From Rhodothermales bacterium (GTDB taxonomy: Bacteria; Bacteroidota; Rhodothermia; Rhodothermales; BA12): DNA of 64,000 nt. Each line of letters begins with the position of its first letter. Position 1 is the first letter of the stretch. Both the position numbers and the translations under genes were made by a program. The stretch covers positions 384,946-448,945 of the forward strand of contig CAWJEJ010000003.1 in assembly GCA_963841855.1 (NCBI GenBank), in the 5' to 3' direction. Positions 63,785-64,000 of this stretch are shown here, one piece after another. The notes under the pieces were generated by a model. The model did no database searches and was not told where the DNA came from. It saw only the letters and a program-made list of their open reading frames with translations.

Positions 63785-64000
63785 GCATGTGGACCGCAGA
63801 GAGACCCCGGCGATCAAACGAAAGAGCTATGGACGAAGCGCCGCACCCTCGTAGCGTCGCAGCATGCTGCGACGGAAGCCCTCGCCCACCGTCAGATACC
63901 CGCCGCCCATCTGTTGACGAACGGAAGCGCGCTCCAGTATCCTTGCAGCATAGTTCCATCCTGCGCCCGATGCAGATCGCTCCGTCCTCCCCCCGATGCA

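Noticed and set aside
63827-64000. Possible 3' end of a minus-strand gene (…GGYLTVGEGFRRSMLRRYEGAALRP*) at the window edge.
   Set aside because: Third-position G/C use is low for this genome, no motif is present, and the frame runs through a 20-bp perfect palindrome. It is more likely non-coding.
1-64000. CRISPR arrays, rRNA, transposases, integrases, phage structural genes and known multi-gene defence systems (RM, CBASS, Thoeris, Gabija and similar).
   Set aside because: Reading both strands, I found no regularly spaced repeats, no DDE, tyrosine or serine recombinase motifs, and no cyclase, TIR, SIR2, helicase or methylase signatures. The only patatin protein has an Omp85 barrel and a signal peptide (PlpD-like), not a CBASS CapV context.

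Overview
This is a high-GC bacterial chromosomal segment. Third codon positions are almost always G/C, and long Arg/Ala/Pro-rich shadow ORFs lie antisense to nearly every real gene. The gene content suggests a Rhodothermia/Bacteroidota-like organism, though that is inference only. Supporting it are a T9SS-type C-terminal sorting domain, a GWxTD protein, a CarboxypepD_reg-TonB receptor, TolC>MFP>RND gene order, three Uma2 genes and crtI.

I call about 50 intact protein genes, 6 decayed genes, 2 tRNAs (Glu-UUC, Ala-GGC) and 6 hairpin terminators. I could not recognise any rRNA, CRISPR array, transposase or integrase. Housekeeping genes are crtI, thrA, rnhB, fmt, lipA, ndk and lat, plus peptidase and hydrolase genes.

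The most unusual part is a ~20-kb same-strand block (17.7-38.3 kb). It holds:
- two enzyme-on-an-Omp85-barrel fusions (patatin lipase; metallophosphoesterase);
- three paralogous two-domain STAS (SpoIIAA-like) proteins, two of them flanking an MscS channel directly behind the patatin/Omp85 gene, and the third directly upstream of an Xre(DUF2384)-RES toxin-antitoxin pair;
- an oversized RND pump (1291 aa) with extra transmembrane segments.

Other points worth a second look:
- decayed toxin-type genes (Doc, Fic) next to both tRNA genes;
- a hybrid kinase broken by four +1 frameshifts;
- 28-bp and 20-bp perfect palindromes;
- short sequence blocks shared by three unrelated 5' regions;
- a lipoprotein / polytopic membrane protein / THEP1-like NTPase operon;
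- a tandem Uma2 pair coupled to lipA.

Nothing here is a clearly recognisable known defence island. The novelty proposals rest on gene context and need comparative checks.
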